Shown: positions 35,518 through 44,279 of the stretch, piece by piece
How the letters are laid out: each line of letters opens with the position of its first letter
Numbering within the stretch: the stretch's first letter is position 1
From: an uncultured Chlamydiae bacterium
GTDB lineage: Bacteria; Chlamydiota; Chlamydiia; Chlamydiales; SM23-39
Length of the DNA stretch: 64,000 nucleotides
Direction: 5' to 3'
NCBI GenBank assembly: GCA_903893545.1
Contig: CAITMJ010000031.1
Coordinates: forward strand, 7,032 to 71,031
Notes under the pieces: model-generated
What the model was told of the DNA's origin: nothing
Databases searched by the model: none
The model's input: only the letters and a program-made list of their open reading frames with translations
Program-made: the position numbers and the translations under genes

Positions 35518-37944
35518 ATGGAAACTACGACAACTCCGATGATGGCTCAATGGGAAGCCTGCAAGGCACAGGCCGGCGAGGCCCTTCTCCTCTTTCGCCT
35601 CGGCGATTTTTACGAGGCGTTTTACGACGATGCCGTTCGGATGTCAAAAGACATTGGCCTTACACTGACAGCTCGCCAAAATATCCCGATGTGCGGAGTG
35701 CCGTTTCACACGGCCGATGCCTATATCGATAAGCTGATCGCCAAAGGATACAAAGTCGCCGTCGCAGAGCAAACCGAAGAGGTAAAAGCGGGAAAAGGGC
35801 TTGTCAAACGAGAGATCGTCCGCATCGTCTCTCCAGGAACGATCATCTCCTCGCAGCTCCTTGCCGATAAAAAGAATAATTATTTCTCTTCCATTGCCCA
35901 GGTTGGCTCTCTTTTTGGCCTTGCGACGCTAGATATAACAACAGGAGAGTTCCGCACGGTAGAAACTGAAAATTTGAGTGAGCTCATCGATGAACTTCAC
36001 CGCCTATGCCCATCTGAGCTTCTAACCTCGCGTAAATTCAAAACTGCCCATACTTCTTTTTTTCAAGAACTCCTCTTTCCCTTCGTCCTGAACGAAAAAG
36101 AAGATTGGCGCTTTGATGCAAAATCTTCGCAAGAGCTTCTTTTATTTCATTTCAATGCCTCTCTCGATGGCTTTGGCTTAAAAGGGCAATTTGCTTCGAT
36201 CGCCGCTGCCGGCGCGCTGGTCGGCTACTTAAAACAAGACTTGAACGTTCGTCTCGATCACGTTGTGACGATCGGCCCTGACTCTTTACAAAACTACCTA
36301 AGTCTCGACCGTTCGACGCTCCGCAACTTAGAACTGATCGATGGAGAGTGGTCTTTATTGCATCTTCTCGATCAAACCGTCACTCCCATGGGCGGCAGAC
36401 TTCTTTGCCATTGGGTCAAACACCCACTCCTCTCCCTTGTAGAGATCGAAAAGCGGCAAGAAGCTGTGACCGAATTTGCTCACCTCGAGATCGAGGCTCT
36501 TTCAGAAGTGCGCGATTTAGAGAGACTCATGATGAAAATCGCCGCCCGCTACGGTACACCGCGAGACCTATTGGGGCTGGGGATTTCTTTGTCTAAAATT
36601 CACCCCATCAAGGCCGCGCTAGGATCTTGCAGGGCTCCTCTTATTGCCGAAGCAAGAGATCAACTAGTAGATCCTGTGTCTGAAAAGATTCTTTCCGCGT
36701 TAAGCCCCACTCCTCCCCTTCGGATCGGAGAGGGAGAGCTGTTCCGAGATGGCTATCATCCAGAACTCGACCGCTTAAGAACCCTTTCGCGCGACTCTAT
36801 CTCTTGGATGAACCAATACCAAACAACGCTTCGAGAAGAGACCGGCATCAAAACCCTTAAAGTAGGGTACACAAGGGCATTCGGTTATTATATCGAGGTC
36901 ACTCGTTTAGCGAGCGAGAAGATCCCCCCTACGTTTCAGCGGCGACAAACCCTGACCAATGCCGAAAGGTTCATCACAGAAGAGCTCAAGCACTTTGAAC
37001 ACCAAGTGCTCACTGCAGAGGAAAGGGCCAAAGCGCTAGAAACGCAGCTATTCGAAGAGCTCCGCCAGGCAGTTGGAGAACACGCAAACGCGATTCGGAA
37101 AACCGCAAAAGCCATCGCGCTTCTCGACGCTCTTTTATCCCTTGCAAAAATCGCCCAAGAGCACCAGTGGATAAAACCCACCATCGATCTTTCCGATCGA
37201 TTAGAAATCAAAGGAGCTCGCCATCCAGTGGTTGAAAAAGCCGTGGGCAAAGCGAATTTCATCCCGAACGACACCTCTCTTTCCAAAGAACAGCAACTCA
37301 TGCTCATCACAGGGCCCAACATGGCGGGAAAATCGACCTATATTCGGCAAGTGGCCCTCATTGTCATCCTCGCGCAAATGGGCTCCTACGTCCCAGCTTC
37401 TTTTGCTACCGTCGGCCTTGTCGATAAAATCTTTTCCCGCATCGGCGCCAGTGACGATCTTGCGCGAGGACAATCGACCTTCATGGTCGAAATGGCAGAG
37501 ACGGCCAACATCCTCAACAACGCTACCTCTCGCTCACTCGTGCTCCTCGATGAAATTGGCCGAGGCACAAGCACCTACGATGGCATCTCCATTGCCTGGT
37601 CTGTCGCCGAATACCTCCTCACAACACCCGATAAACAGGCCAAAACGCTCTTTGCAACTCACTATTGGGAACTGACGCGGTTAGAACAAGAGATCAAAGG
37701 TGCGGTCAACTATCAAGTCGCCGTGCAAGAGACAAAGAGCGGCATTGTGTTTTTACGAAAAATCATCCCCGGCGGGACAGATAAAAGCTACGGCATCCAT
37801 GTAGCAAAACTAGCCGGCATTCCAGAGAAAGCGATCAAGCGGGCCGAAGAGATGCTCTTACAGCTCGAATCTGGCAACACGCGCAATAAGAAGTTGCTTA
37901 AAAAAGACCTAGCGACAAGCGGGCAACTGCTATTTCTGCCTTGA
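35518..37944 (+). CDS. mutS: DNA mismatch repair protein MutS
   Basis: TPMMAQWEACK...LLFRLGDFYEAFYDDA, Walker A GPNMAGKST and STFMVEM. Confidence 0.95.
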   Translation: METTTTPMMAQWEACKAQAGEALLLFRLGDFYEAFYDDAVRMSKDIGLTLTARQNIPMCGVPFHTADAYIDKLIAKGYKVAVAEQTEEVKAGKGLVKREIVRIVSPGTIISSQLLADKKNNYFSSIAQVGSLFGLATLDITTGEFRTVETENLSELIDELHRLCPSELLTSRKFKTAHTSFFQELLFPFVLNEKEDWRFDAKSSQELLLFHFNASLDGFGLKGQFASIAAAGALVGYLKQDLNVRLDHVVTIGPDSLQNYLSLDRSTLRNLELIDGEWSLLHLLDQTVTPMGGRLLCHWVKHPLLSLVEIEKRQEAVTEFAHLEIEALSEVRDLERLMMKIAARYGTPRDLLGLGISLSKIHPIKAALGSCRAPLIAEARDQLVDPVSEKILSALSPTPPLRIGEGELFRDGYHPELDRLRTLSRDSISWMNQYQTTLREETGIKTLKVGYTRAFGYYIEVTRLASEKIPPTFQRRQTLTNAERFITEELKHFEHQVLTAEERAKALETQLFEELRQAVGEHANAIRKTAKAIALLDALLSLAKIAQEHQWIKPTIDLSDRLEIKGARHPVVEKAVGKANFIPNDTSLSKEQQLMLITGPNMAGKSTYIRQVALIVILAQMGSYVPASFATVGLVDKIFSRIGASDDLARGQSTFMVEMAETANILNNATSRSLVLLDEIGRGTSTYDGISIAWSVAEYLLTTPDKQAKTLFATHYWELTRLEQEIKGAVNYQVAVQETKSGIVFLRKIIPGGTDKSYGIHVAKLAGIPEKAIKRAEEMLLQLESGNTRNKKLLKKDLATSGQLLFLP

Positions 37945-38982
37945 CTGCGCTCTAGCTAGCTGCAATATCCTATCGCAATGATTTTTGGCGATGAGAGTCC
38001 CTTCCGTGTCAAGATACGTCAATCGCTGGCAATCTCCAAGCGCCAGAGGCAGCTCCGAAAGGTCCTCATTACCGCTTACATCGAGATTTTCTAATTTCAA
38101 AAGGCGGCCGATAGAAGAAGAAAGGTTTTTAAGCTGAATTTTGCTCAAATTAAGCCCTATCAAACACTCAAGATCCCAGAACTCGGAAGGAAGCTCTTGA
38201 AGCTTATTGCATCTAAGAGACAGAAATTGCAAGCGCTCAAGACCTCTGATCTCAGGGGGAATGCTCTGAAGCAAGTTGTGGCCAAGATAAAGCGCCTTCA
38301 AGTTTTCGAGCGTCCAGAGCTCCGAGGGAAGACCTTCAAACTGGTGGTCTAGGAGGTAAATCTCAAGCCACTGCGCGAAGTTCAAACTCTGAGGAGGATT
38401 TCGAAGAAAGTTAAACTCCAAATTCAATTCGATCAAGTTCTTGAGGTTCCCGATTTCAGAAGGAAGGCCAAGAAGCTTGTTGCCATTCAGGGAAAGCTTA
38501 GTCAACTTCGAGAGAAGCCCGATCTCTGGAGGAAGGCGGTGCAACAAGTTATGGCTAAGAGAAAGCTCGTCCAAGTCCGTAAGAGTCCAAAGCTCTTTGG
38601 GGAGACTCGCTAAGCCAAAGTTTGACAGATCAAGATGTGTGGAATTCTTATAAAAAGCAGCCCTGATCCTCGAGGCCGCCTCTTTCGCTTGTCCTCTTTC
38701 TGTAACTTCCCACTCTGCCAACCCAAGTTCTAACTCTTTTCCATCGACGATCTCTACATTTCCCTCGTGATCAAAATGGACAGAAAATTCTGAATATCCT
38801 TTCTTTTGCAAGCGATCCATTAGGCTCTTGGCCAAGTCTAGCCTTTCCAAGCGATTCATCATTCTTAAGAGTGGCAATTTGATTTTCGATCCAGATACAA
38901 TACCTTCTAAAAAGGTCTGCTTAAGAGAATTGATAGTTATATCTTTGTTATCGATCTTCATAAAAGTAGATAAAATATACAA
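37930..38982 (-). CDS. Leucine-rich repeat protein (23-aa LxxLxLxxNxLxxLPxxI repeats)
   Basis: About 9 consecutive 23-aa LRRs, e.g. LSLSHNLLHRLPPEIGLLSKLTK / LSLNGNKLLGLPSEIGNLKNLIE. AT-rich. Overlaps the mutS 3' end by 15 nt. Confidence 0.8.
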   Translation of the reverse strand: MYILSTFMKIDNKDITINSLKQTFLEGIVSGSKIKLPLLRMMNRLERLDLAKSLMDRLQKKGYSEFSVHFDHEGNVEIVDGKELELGLAEWEVTERGQAKEAASRIRAAFYKNSTHLDLSNFGLASLPKELWTLTDLDELSLSHNLLHRLPPEIGLLSKLTKLSLNGNKLLGLPSEIGNLKNLIELNLEFNFLRNPPQSLNFAQWLEIYLLDHQFEGLPSELWTLENLKALYLGHNLLQSIPPEIRGLERLQFLSLRCNKLQELPSEFWDLECLIGLNLSKIQLKNLSSSIGRLLKLENLDVSGNEDLSELPLALGDCQRLTYLDTEGTLIAKNHCDRILQLARAQSRQK

Positions 38983-39049
38983 TTAACGCCAGTTTTCAGG
39001 CAAACAAAATTTGCTTAAAAAAAAGAGACGTTTTTGGTTTAATGGCTCC

Positions 39050-40852
39050 ATGCCCTTCGATCCAGCCTCCCTATCCCTCTACTCCATAGAGCCCGGAGTC
39101 TACCTCATGAAAGACTCCGCCGGGGCCGTCCTCTATATCGGCAAGGCCAAGAACCTCCGCGCTAGGCTCAAACAATACTTCTCCGAGCACGATCAGAGGG
39201 AGATGATCCCCTTTCTCATCTCTCAAGTAGAGACCATCGACACCATCATCGCCCTGACCGAAAAAGACGCCCTTATCTTGGAAAACAACCTCATCAAAAA
39301 GCACCAGCCCAAGTACAACGTCTTATTGAAAGACGACAAGACATTCATCAGCCTCTGCATTACAGAGCACAAATGGCCGATGGTCCGCCTGGTTCGCTAC
39401 AAGGGAAAGCCGACAGGAAAAGGGCTCTATTTTGGCCCTTACACAAATGCTCTAGCCGCGCGAAATACCCACGATTTACTCCTTCGCCTATTTCCTTTGC
39501 GGCAATGTTCGGATCTAGAACTCTCTTCCCGCGAACGCCCCTGCCTTCTTTATGACATCAAGCGGTGCTGCGCGCCGTGCGTTGGCAAATGCACAGAAGA
39601 GGAGTATAAAGGCTACGTAGAGGGCGCCAAATCGCTTTTGAAGGGGCAGGACAAGGATTTACTCCGCGAGCTAAAGAAACAGATGCAAGAGGCCGCAGAC
39701 ACCCTTGAATTTGAACAAGCCGACAGACTCCTTCAATCGATCCTGCAAATCGAGCACGTCACAACTGTCCAGCACGTCGACAACCCATTTGCCAAGGACT
39801 GCGATGTGATCGGACTTTTTCGAGAAGCCGATGCTGTCCTCATCGCGCTGCTTTTATTCCGCGAAGGAAAAGTCATCGCCTCGGAGCATTTTAGCTTTCA
39901 CCGAATCTTGTCAGAAGATGAAGAGCTCCTCGAATCGTTTCTTTTGCAGCATTACAAGACAAAAGCTCCCCGTGAAATCTTCGTGCCAACGCCTCTACCC
40001 GAAGCCAAAGCCATCGAGGAGATCCTCAAAGAGTCCACTGGGCACAAAATCTCGATCTCCAGTAAAAAGAAAGATCTTCTCGAGATGGCCCATCGCAATG
40101 CCAAAGCTCTTTTTATCCGCGAGCAAGATGCAAAAAGCCTCCAAGAAAAACGGCTTCTCGATTTGCAAGAGATGCTTTCTCTCGCCCATTTTCCACGCCG
40201 CATCGAATGTTTTGACACCTCGAATATTTCCGGCACCGATCCGGTGGCCAGCCTCGTCTCCTTTGTCAATGGAGAGAAAGATGCCTCGCGAATGCGCCTT
40301 TTTCGGATCAAAGGGGGAAAAGGAGACGACTACTCTGCGATGCGCGAGGTGATTTTCCGCCACTTTTCAAAAGCCAAAGAGAAAAACGATTTTTGCGATC
40401 TTCTCATCGTCGATGGAGGCAAAGGACAACTCAACATTGCAATGGAAGTCTTCCTAGAACTCGGGATCGCCGTTGTCGATGTGATCGGCGTCTCTAAAGA
40501 AGAAGCTCGCCACGACAAAGGGTTAACACAGGAAAAAATCTATCTCCCCCACCGAAAAGAACCCCTTCTTCTCGATCCCCGTTCCCCCCTTCTTTTTCTC
40601 CTGCAGAAGATCCGCGATGAGGCGCACCGCTCTGCGATCGCCTACCATCGAAAAAGAAGAAGCAAACGGACAATCTCTAGTCAGCTCGACACCCTCGAGG
40701 GGATTGGCCCTGTGAAAAAAACACGACTTCTCACCCATTTTGGCAGCGTAAAAGCCATCCAAAATGCGACAGAAAAAGAGCTCAAAGAAGTAGGCGGACT
40801 GACTAAGAAAGATCTGGAGAGATTGCTACAATGGAAGAACCTCGGCCCTTGA
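39050..40852 (+). CDS. uvrC: Excinuclease ABC subunit C
   Basis: GIY-YIG GVYLMKDSAGAVLYIGKAKNLRARL, UVR domain and C-terminal HhH. ATG at 39050 chosen inside the tracked ORF. Confidence 0.9.
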   Translation: MPFDPASLSLYSIEPGVYLMKDSAGAVLYIGKAKNLRARLKQYFSEHDQREMIPFLISQVETIDTIIALTEKDALILENNLIKKHQPKYNVLLKDDKTFISLCITEHKWPMVRLVRYKGKPTGKGLYFGPYTNALAARNTHDLLLRLFPLRQCSDLELSSRERPCLLYDIKRCCAPCVGKCTEEEYKGYVEGAKSLLKGQDKDLLRELKKQMQEAADTLEFEQADRLLQSILQIEHVTTVQHVDNPFAKDCDVIGLFREADAVLIALLLFREGKVIASEHFSFHRILSEDEELLESFLLQHYKTKAPREIFVPTPLPEAKAIEEILKESTGHKISISSKKKDLLEMAHRNAKALFIREQDAKSLQEKRLLDLQEMLSLAHFPRRIECFDTSNISGTDPVASLVSFVNGEKDASRMRLFRIKGGKGDDYSAMREVIFRHFSKAKEKNDFCDLLIVDGGKGQLNIAMEVFLELGIAVVDVIGVSKEEARHDKGLTQEKIYLPHRKEPLLLDPRSPLLFLLQKIRDEAHRSAIAYHRKRRSKRTISSQLDTLEGIGPVKKTRLLTHFGSVKAIQNATEKELKEVGGLTKKDLERLLQWKNLGP

Positions 40853-40865
40853 AAGGACCGAGGTT
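40838..40865. terminator. Hairpin between convergent uvrC and the SWIB gene
   Basis: aacctcgg ... ccgaggtt 8-bp stem straddling the uvrC stop. Confidence 0.35.
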
Positions 40866-40873
40866 ACTCACCT

Positions 40874-41224
40874 CTATTTATTGAGGTGTTTGCTGATATG
40901 GCCTGCGAGTTTAAGCATGTCGACAGGTCGATTGCCGATCACTTCAGAGAGTTTTTTGTCTGGAACGATCATTCTTCGATTTTTTGTGTCTTGGCACTTA
41001 TGGGACTTGATATAAGCCCAGAGTTTTTTCACAACGCTAGGGCGGGTTTCTCTTTTGCCGCAGCCAATTGCTTGGAGTTCTTCAGAACATCCGTAAGTCA
41101 TTTGGGTAAGGCCCGATTTTCTCTTAGCGCCTGATTTCTTTTTGGCAGCTTTTGGTCTTCTTTTAGCAGCTGTCGCTTTTTTTGCTGGTCTTCTCTTAAC
41201 AGTTCTTTTTTTTGCTTTTGCCAT
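40874..41224 (-). CDS. SWIB/MDM2 domain protein with Lys/Ala-rich basic N-terminal tail
   Basis: Tail AKAKKRTVKRRPAKKATAAKRRPKAAKKKSGAKRKS, then a SWIB core (RPSVVKKLWAYIKSHKCQDTKNRRMIVPDKKL). ATG (MAKAKK) chosen. Confidence 0.85.
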   Translation of the reverse strand: MAKAKKRTVKRRPAKKATAAKRRPKAAKKKSGAKRKSGLTQMTYGCSEELQAIGCGKRETRPSVVKKLWAYIKSHKCQDTKNRRMIVPDKKLSEVIGNRPVDMLKLAGHISKHLNK

Positions 41225-41368
41225 AAATTTCTCACATCCGTTCAATGAGGGGAATTCCTCTTCTAATTCCGATGTAATGGTTTTCCAAAATTCTCACAAG
41301 AAATTTTTACCAAAAAAAACATTTTATCCTTTATACCTCGGGAGAGGAACCCAAAGGAGAATTTTTTT

Positions 41369-41701
41369 ATGAAGACTCAACGCACGATTGGAACGATTGC
41401 TATTATCGGTGGATGCGCACTCATCGCCATCTCTATGTACATCGGCGGCCAGGTAACAGAAGGAAAAACACAGATTCGCAGTGGAGAGCAAAAACTCAAG
41501 CGAGTCGACACCCTCTTTTCTCTAAGCCCCACCACACAGCCGCTCGGGAACCAAATCACAAGCTCTGGGAATAAAAAGATCGCAGCGGGGAAAGAAAAAG
41601 TTTCCTACTACGAGGCGATGGCTAACAAACTAAAGATCGGTGGGCTAGTCTTAATCGGCATTGGAGCCGGACTCTTTTTCATCTCGAGAAAAAAATCTTA
41701 A
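41369..41701 (+). CDS. Small two-TM membrane protein (hypothetical)
   Basis: AAGGAG lies 8 nt upstream of the ATG. Hydrophobic helices at both ends. Confidence 0.55.
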   Translation: MKTQRTIGTIAIIGGCALIAISMYIGGQVTEGKTQIRSGEQKLKRVDTLFSLSPTTQPLGNQITSSGNKKIAAGKEKVSYYEAMANKLKIGGLVLIGIGAGLFFISRKKS

Positions 41702-42201
41702 GCTTTTACTTGAACAGTGAAAGGGCTGCGATAATTAAAGCGCTCTGCAAGGAGCTCTCGCAGATGATGCTCGGCACTGAGAAGTAGTAGCTCTTTTTCT
41801 TTCCCCTCCATTGGAACAAGGGAAAGGCCGATCTGTAGGTGCCGACTTTTAAACACCTCCACATCGGTTAAAAGGATGCGAGAAGCAAATTGCTTTTGAA
41901 GAAGCGGCTGAATCATCTGCCTTAACAATGGGATATCCACCTCCGCTCTATTCTCTCCCATATGTAAAAGAAGAAATCGACCTCGACTCAATCCAAAAAA
42001 ACCAAATGTAAAAAGAAGGGTTAAGCCAAAAAAGCCAAGGCCTATCCAGATCAAAACATTTGTATCTACGAGAAGAATCTGCACAAGGCGATAGCGAAAG
42101 GAGAGAGAAAAAGGAAGGCATACGGAGATAAATCCGATGGAAAAGAACAGAAGAACAGCGAAAAGCTGCATCATCCCGGTCAATGCCTGTCTTAAGAACA
42201 T
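41698..42201 (-). CDS. Membrane protein, AmaP-like anchor for Asp23 (tentative)
   Basis: Two or three N-terminal TM helices plus a soluble tail, directly downstream of an Asp23-family gene as in Gram-positive asp23 operons. Confidence 0.5.
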   Translation of the reverse strand: MFLRQALTGMMQLFAVLLFFSIGFISVCLPFSLSFRYRLVQILLVDTNVLIWIGLGFFGLTLLFTFGFFGLSRGRFLLLHMGENRAEVDIPLLRQMIQPLLQKQFASRILLTDVEVFKSRHLQIGLSLVPMEGKEKELLLLSAEHHLRELLAERFNYRSPFTVQVKA

Positions 42202-42209
42202 AAAAACTC

Positions 42210-42692
42210 CTAAAAGGCCTCTTCGAGTTCAGCGCCTTGCGCAGCTTCTCTTTGCTCTGGCTCTTCTTGCGAAGGGAGCAGTAGGTTTTTGAAAATAATA
42301 TGGACAGAGGCGACATGGAGGCCAGTCCAGCGGGTGATCTCCTCCGTAAGCTTGTTCTGAGCCTCTTCAGCTTTTTCGGGGATGGAAATTCCATAGACGA
42401 TATTGATTTCGACCCGAACGCTGACCGAATGTTTTTTTTGATCCTGCTCGACATGGATCCCCTTGACCCTCTCCAATTCTCGACCGAGAAGGCTATCGAG
42501 AATATTGCCCTCTAAAAGGCCAATCCCTTCGATTTTTGCCAAAGTCTGTAGGCAAATTGCCTGAAATACACGCGTCTCAATATCGCGGATAAACACCGTA
42601 TCGGGGAGTTCAATCTCCCTTGCATCCATATTTTTTAATGAGTCGTACATAGCGATCACCTCTTCTCGAAAAGGAGAGTATAGCAATGGCAA
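42210..42692 (-). CDS. Asp23/Gls24 family envelope stress protein
   Basis: VFIRDIETRVFQAICLQTLAKIEGI...VSVRVEINIVYGISIPEKAEEAQNKLTEEI is typical of Asp23. Confidence 0.7.
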   Translation of the reverse strand: MPLLYSPFREEVIAMYDSLKNMDAREIELPDTVFIRDIETRVFQAICLQTLAKIEGIGLLEGNILDSLLGRELERVKGIHVEQDQKKHSVSVRVEINIVYGISIPEKAEEAQNKLTEEITRWTGLHVASVHIIFKNLLLPSQEEPEQREAAQGAELEEAF

Positions 42693-42746
42693 CTATTTCT
42701 CGAAATGTTTATACTGTGACCGACTCACAAACATAGAGGGTTTCTC

Positions 42747-43142
42747 ATGATTTGGAATAACGTTACGACAGCCCTTCTCGCAGGAGCTTTCTCAGGAATC
42801 ATCACGGCCTACATCGCCCACCGGAAAGAGCGCAACCCTCTCCCCTGGTTCTTCGTCGGCTTTATTTTCGGCCTTATCGGCCTTCTTTTCTTCTTTTTCA
42901 TTCCACGGGCAAAGAAAAAAGAAACCCCTATCACCTTGCAGAAAATAGGACCACAGCCCTATCTTTTTGGGCCGGCTGATAAATTTTGGTACTTTCTAGA
43001 TAAAGATCACGCCCAAGTGGGGCCAATGAGCTATTCCGCCCTTTCGGATCATTGGAAAAAAGGATCTATCCATCCGACCACCTTCGTTTGGCACGAAGAA
43101 TTGACCGATTGGAAGCCGTTACAAGAGCTTATTCGAATATAA
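42747..43142 (+). CDS. Membrane protein with C-terminal GYF_2 (DUF4339) domain
   Basis: Two N-terminal TM helices, then WYFLDKDHAQVGPMSYSALSDHWKKGSIHPTTFVWHEELTDWKPLQEL. Confidence 0.65.
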   Translation: MIWNNVTTALLAGAFSGIITAYIAHRKERNPLPWFFVGFIFGLIGLLFFFFIPRAKKKETPITLQKIGPQPYLFGPADKFWYFLDKDHAQVGPMSYSALSDHWKKGSIHPTTFVWHEELTDWKPLQELIRI

Positions 43143-43189
43143 GAAATTTACGTTAAAATCCCGACCCTGCAACGGATCGGGTTTCTATA

Positions 43190-43495
43190 TTACCAGGAAG
43201 CTTTGAAGATTCCGGGAATCAGGCCCTGATTGGCCATTTCGCGGAAGCAAAGTCTAGACATTTTGAACTTGCGAAGGCATCCACGGCTGCGGCCTGTAAA
43301 TTGGCAGCGGTTGCGGAGACGCACTTTCGAAGAATTTTTTGGCATTTTATTGAGCGTATCGACGGCGAGAAGGCGCTCTTCGATCGGCTTGGAGACATCG
43401 AGAATCACTTTTTTCAGTTCTTGTCGCTTGTTCCATTTGTTTTTTACCAGTTTCTCTCGTCGCTTTTGCTTAGAGATCCATCCTTTCGTCGCCAT
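43190..43495 (-). CDS. rpsN: 30S ribosomal protein S14
   Basis: [43 protein letters not shown]. Confidence 0.9.
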   Translation of the reverse strand: MATKGWISKQKRREKLVKNKWNKRQELKKVILDVSKPIEERLLAVDTLNKMPKNSSKVRLRNRCQFTGRSRGCLRKFKMSRLCFREMANQGLIPGIFKASW

Positions 43496-43504
43496 TGAAA
43501 TTCC

Positions 43505-43642
43505 TTATTTTTTACGCGCAGGGCCTTTTTGGCGCTGCTTGCGGTTGGGATCTTTCTTGTTAATCACATATACGCGGCCTCTGCGGCGAACAATCTTGTC
43601 GCCCTTGCCAGGGTCAGCTTTAATCGAAGCTCGAACTTTCAT
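43505..43642 (-). CDS. rpmJ: 50S ribosomal protein L36, Cys-less (zinc-independent) form
   Basis: My own translation, absent from the track because it is under 60 aa: [45 protein letters not shown]. Confidence 0.85.
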   Translation of the reverse strand: MKVRASIKADPGKGDKIVRRRGRVYVINKKDPNRKQRQKGPARKK

Positions 43643-43758
43643 CTTACATATCCTCAAGTACGATAAGGCTATACTTTACGCTTCTTGCCAATTTGGCTTC
43701 AAGCCTAATGTTTCAAAATTGCCGGAAGCCGCCCTGACAAGCTTTTTTTTAAACAGAT

Positions 43759-43788
43759 TTGCTTGAAGCATACGGCAAAGTTTAGTAT
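43759..43788 (+). promoter_or_regulatory. Candidate sigma-70-type promoter for rpmH-rnpA (TTGCTT-N18-TAGTAT)
   Basis: Hexamers read directly. The -10 element lies about 34 nt upstream of the rpmH ATG. Confidence 0.3.
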
Positions 43789-43821
43789 CATGGCTCGAAA
43801 ACCTTTTTTTAGGATCGTATC

Positions 43822-43956
43822 ATGAAAAGAACTTACCAACCTAGCAAACGCCGCCGCAAGAAAACTCATGGATTCCGCAACCGGATGAAAACCACTGGTG
43901 GCCGTAAAGTCATCAAGCGCCGCCGCAGAAAAGGGCGCAAGCTGTTAGCTGCTTGA
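43822..43956 (+). CDS. rpmH: 50S ribosomal protein L34
   Basis: My own translation: [44 protein letters not shown]. Confidence 0.9.
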   Translation: MKRTYQPSKRRRKKTHGFRNRMKTTGGRKVIKRRRRKGRKLLAA

Positions 43957-44279
43957 GCCATCCTTTCTTAAAGGAATTCCGGCTTCTTTCGAAGGGGGAT
44001 TTTCGAGGGATGCAAGCCAATAGTAAAAGGTTCGTCGGAAAGACCTTGTGCATCGATTATCGCCCCGCTAAAATCTCGAGGTTAGGCCTGACCGCATCCG
44101 GCCGCTACGGCTCTTCTTGCGAAAGAAACCGGTTCAAAAGACTCGTACGGGAAGCCTTCCGCCTTGCAAGAAACGAGCTCCCTCCGATGGATCTGCACGT
44201 CGTTCCAAGGCAACGAGCCAAACAAGCCAAACTCTGCGATATCGAAGTAGAGCTCAGGAGATTATTATCGGAGGTCTGA
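43953..44279 (+). CDS. rnpA: Ribonuclease P protein component
   Basis: TTG start overlaps the rpmH stop. [13 protein letters not shown] motif and position after rpmH. Confidence 0.8.
   Translation: MSHPFLKEFRLLSKGDFRGMQANSKRFVGKTLCIDYRPAKISRLGLTASGRYGSSCERNRFKRLVREAFRLARNELPPMDLHVVPRQRAKQAKLCDIEVELRRLLSEV

Noticed and set aside
43143-43189. Possible terminator hairpin between the GYF-domain gene and rpsN.
   Set aside because: Only a 5-bp core stem (cccga/tcggg) with mismatched extensions. This is too weak to report as a feature.
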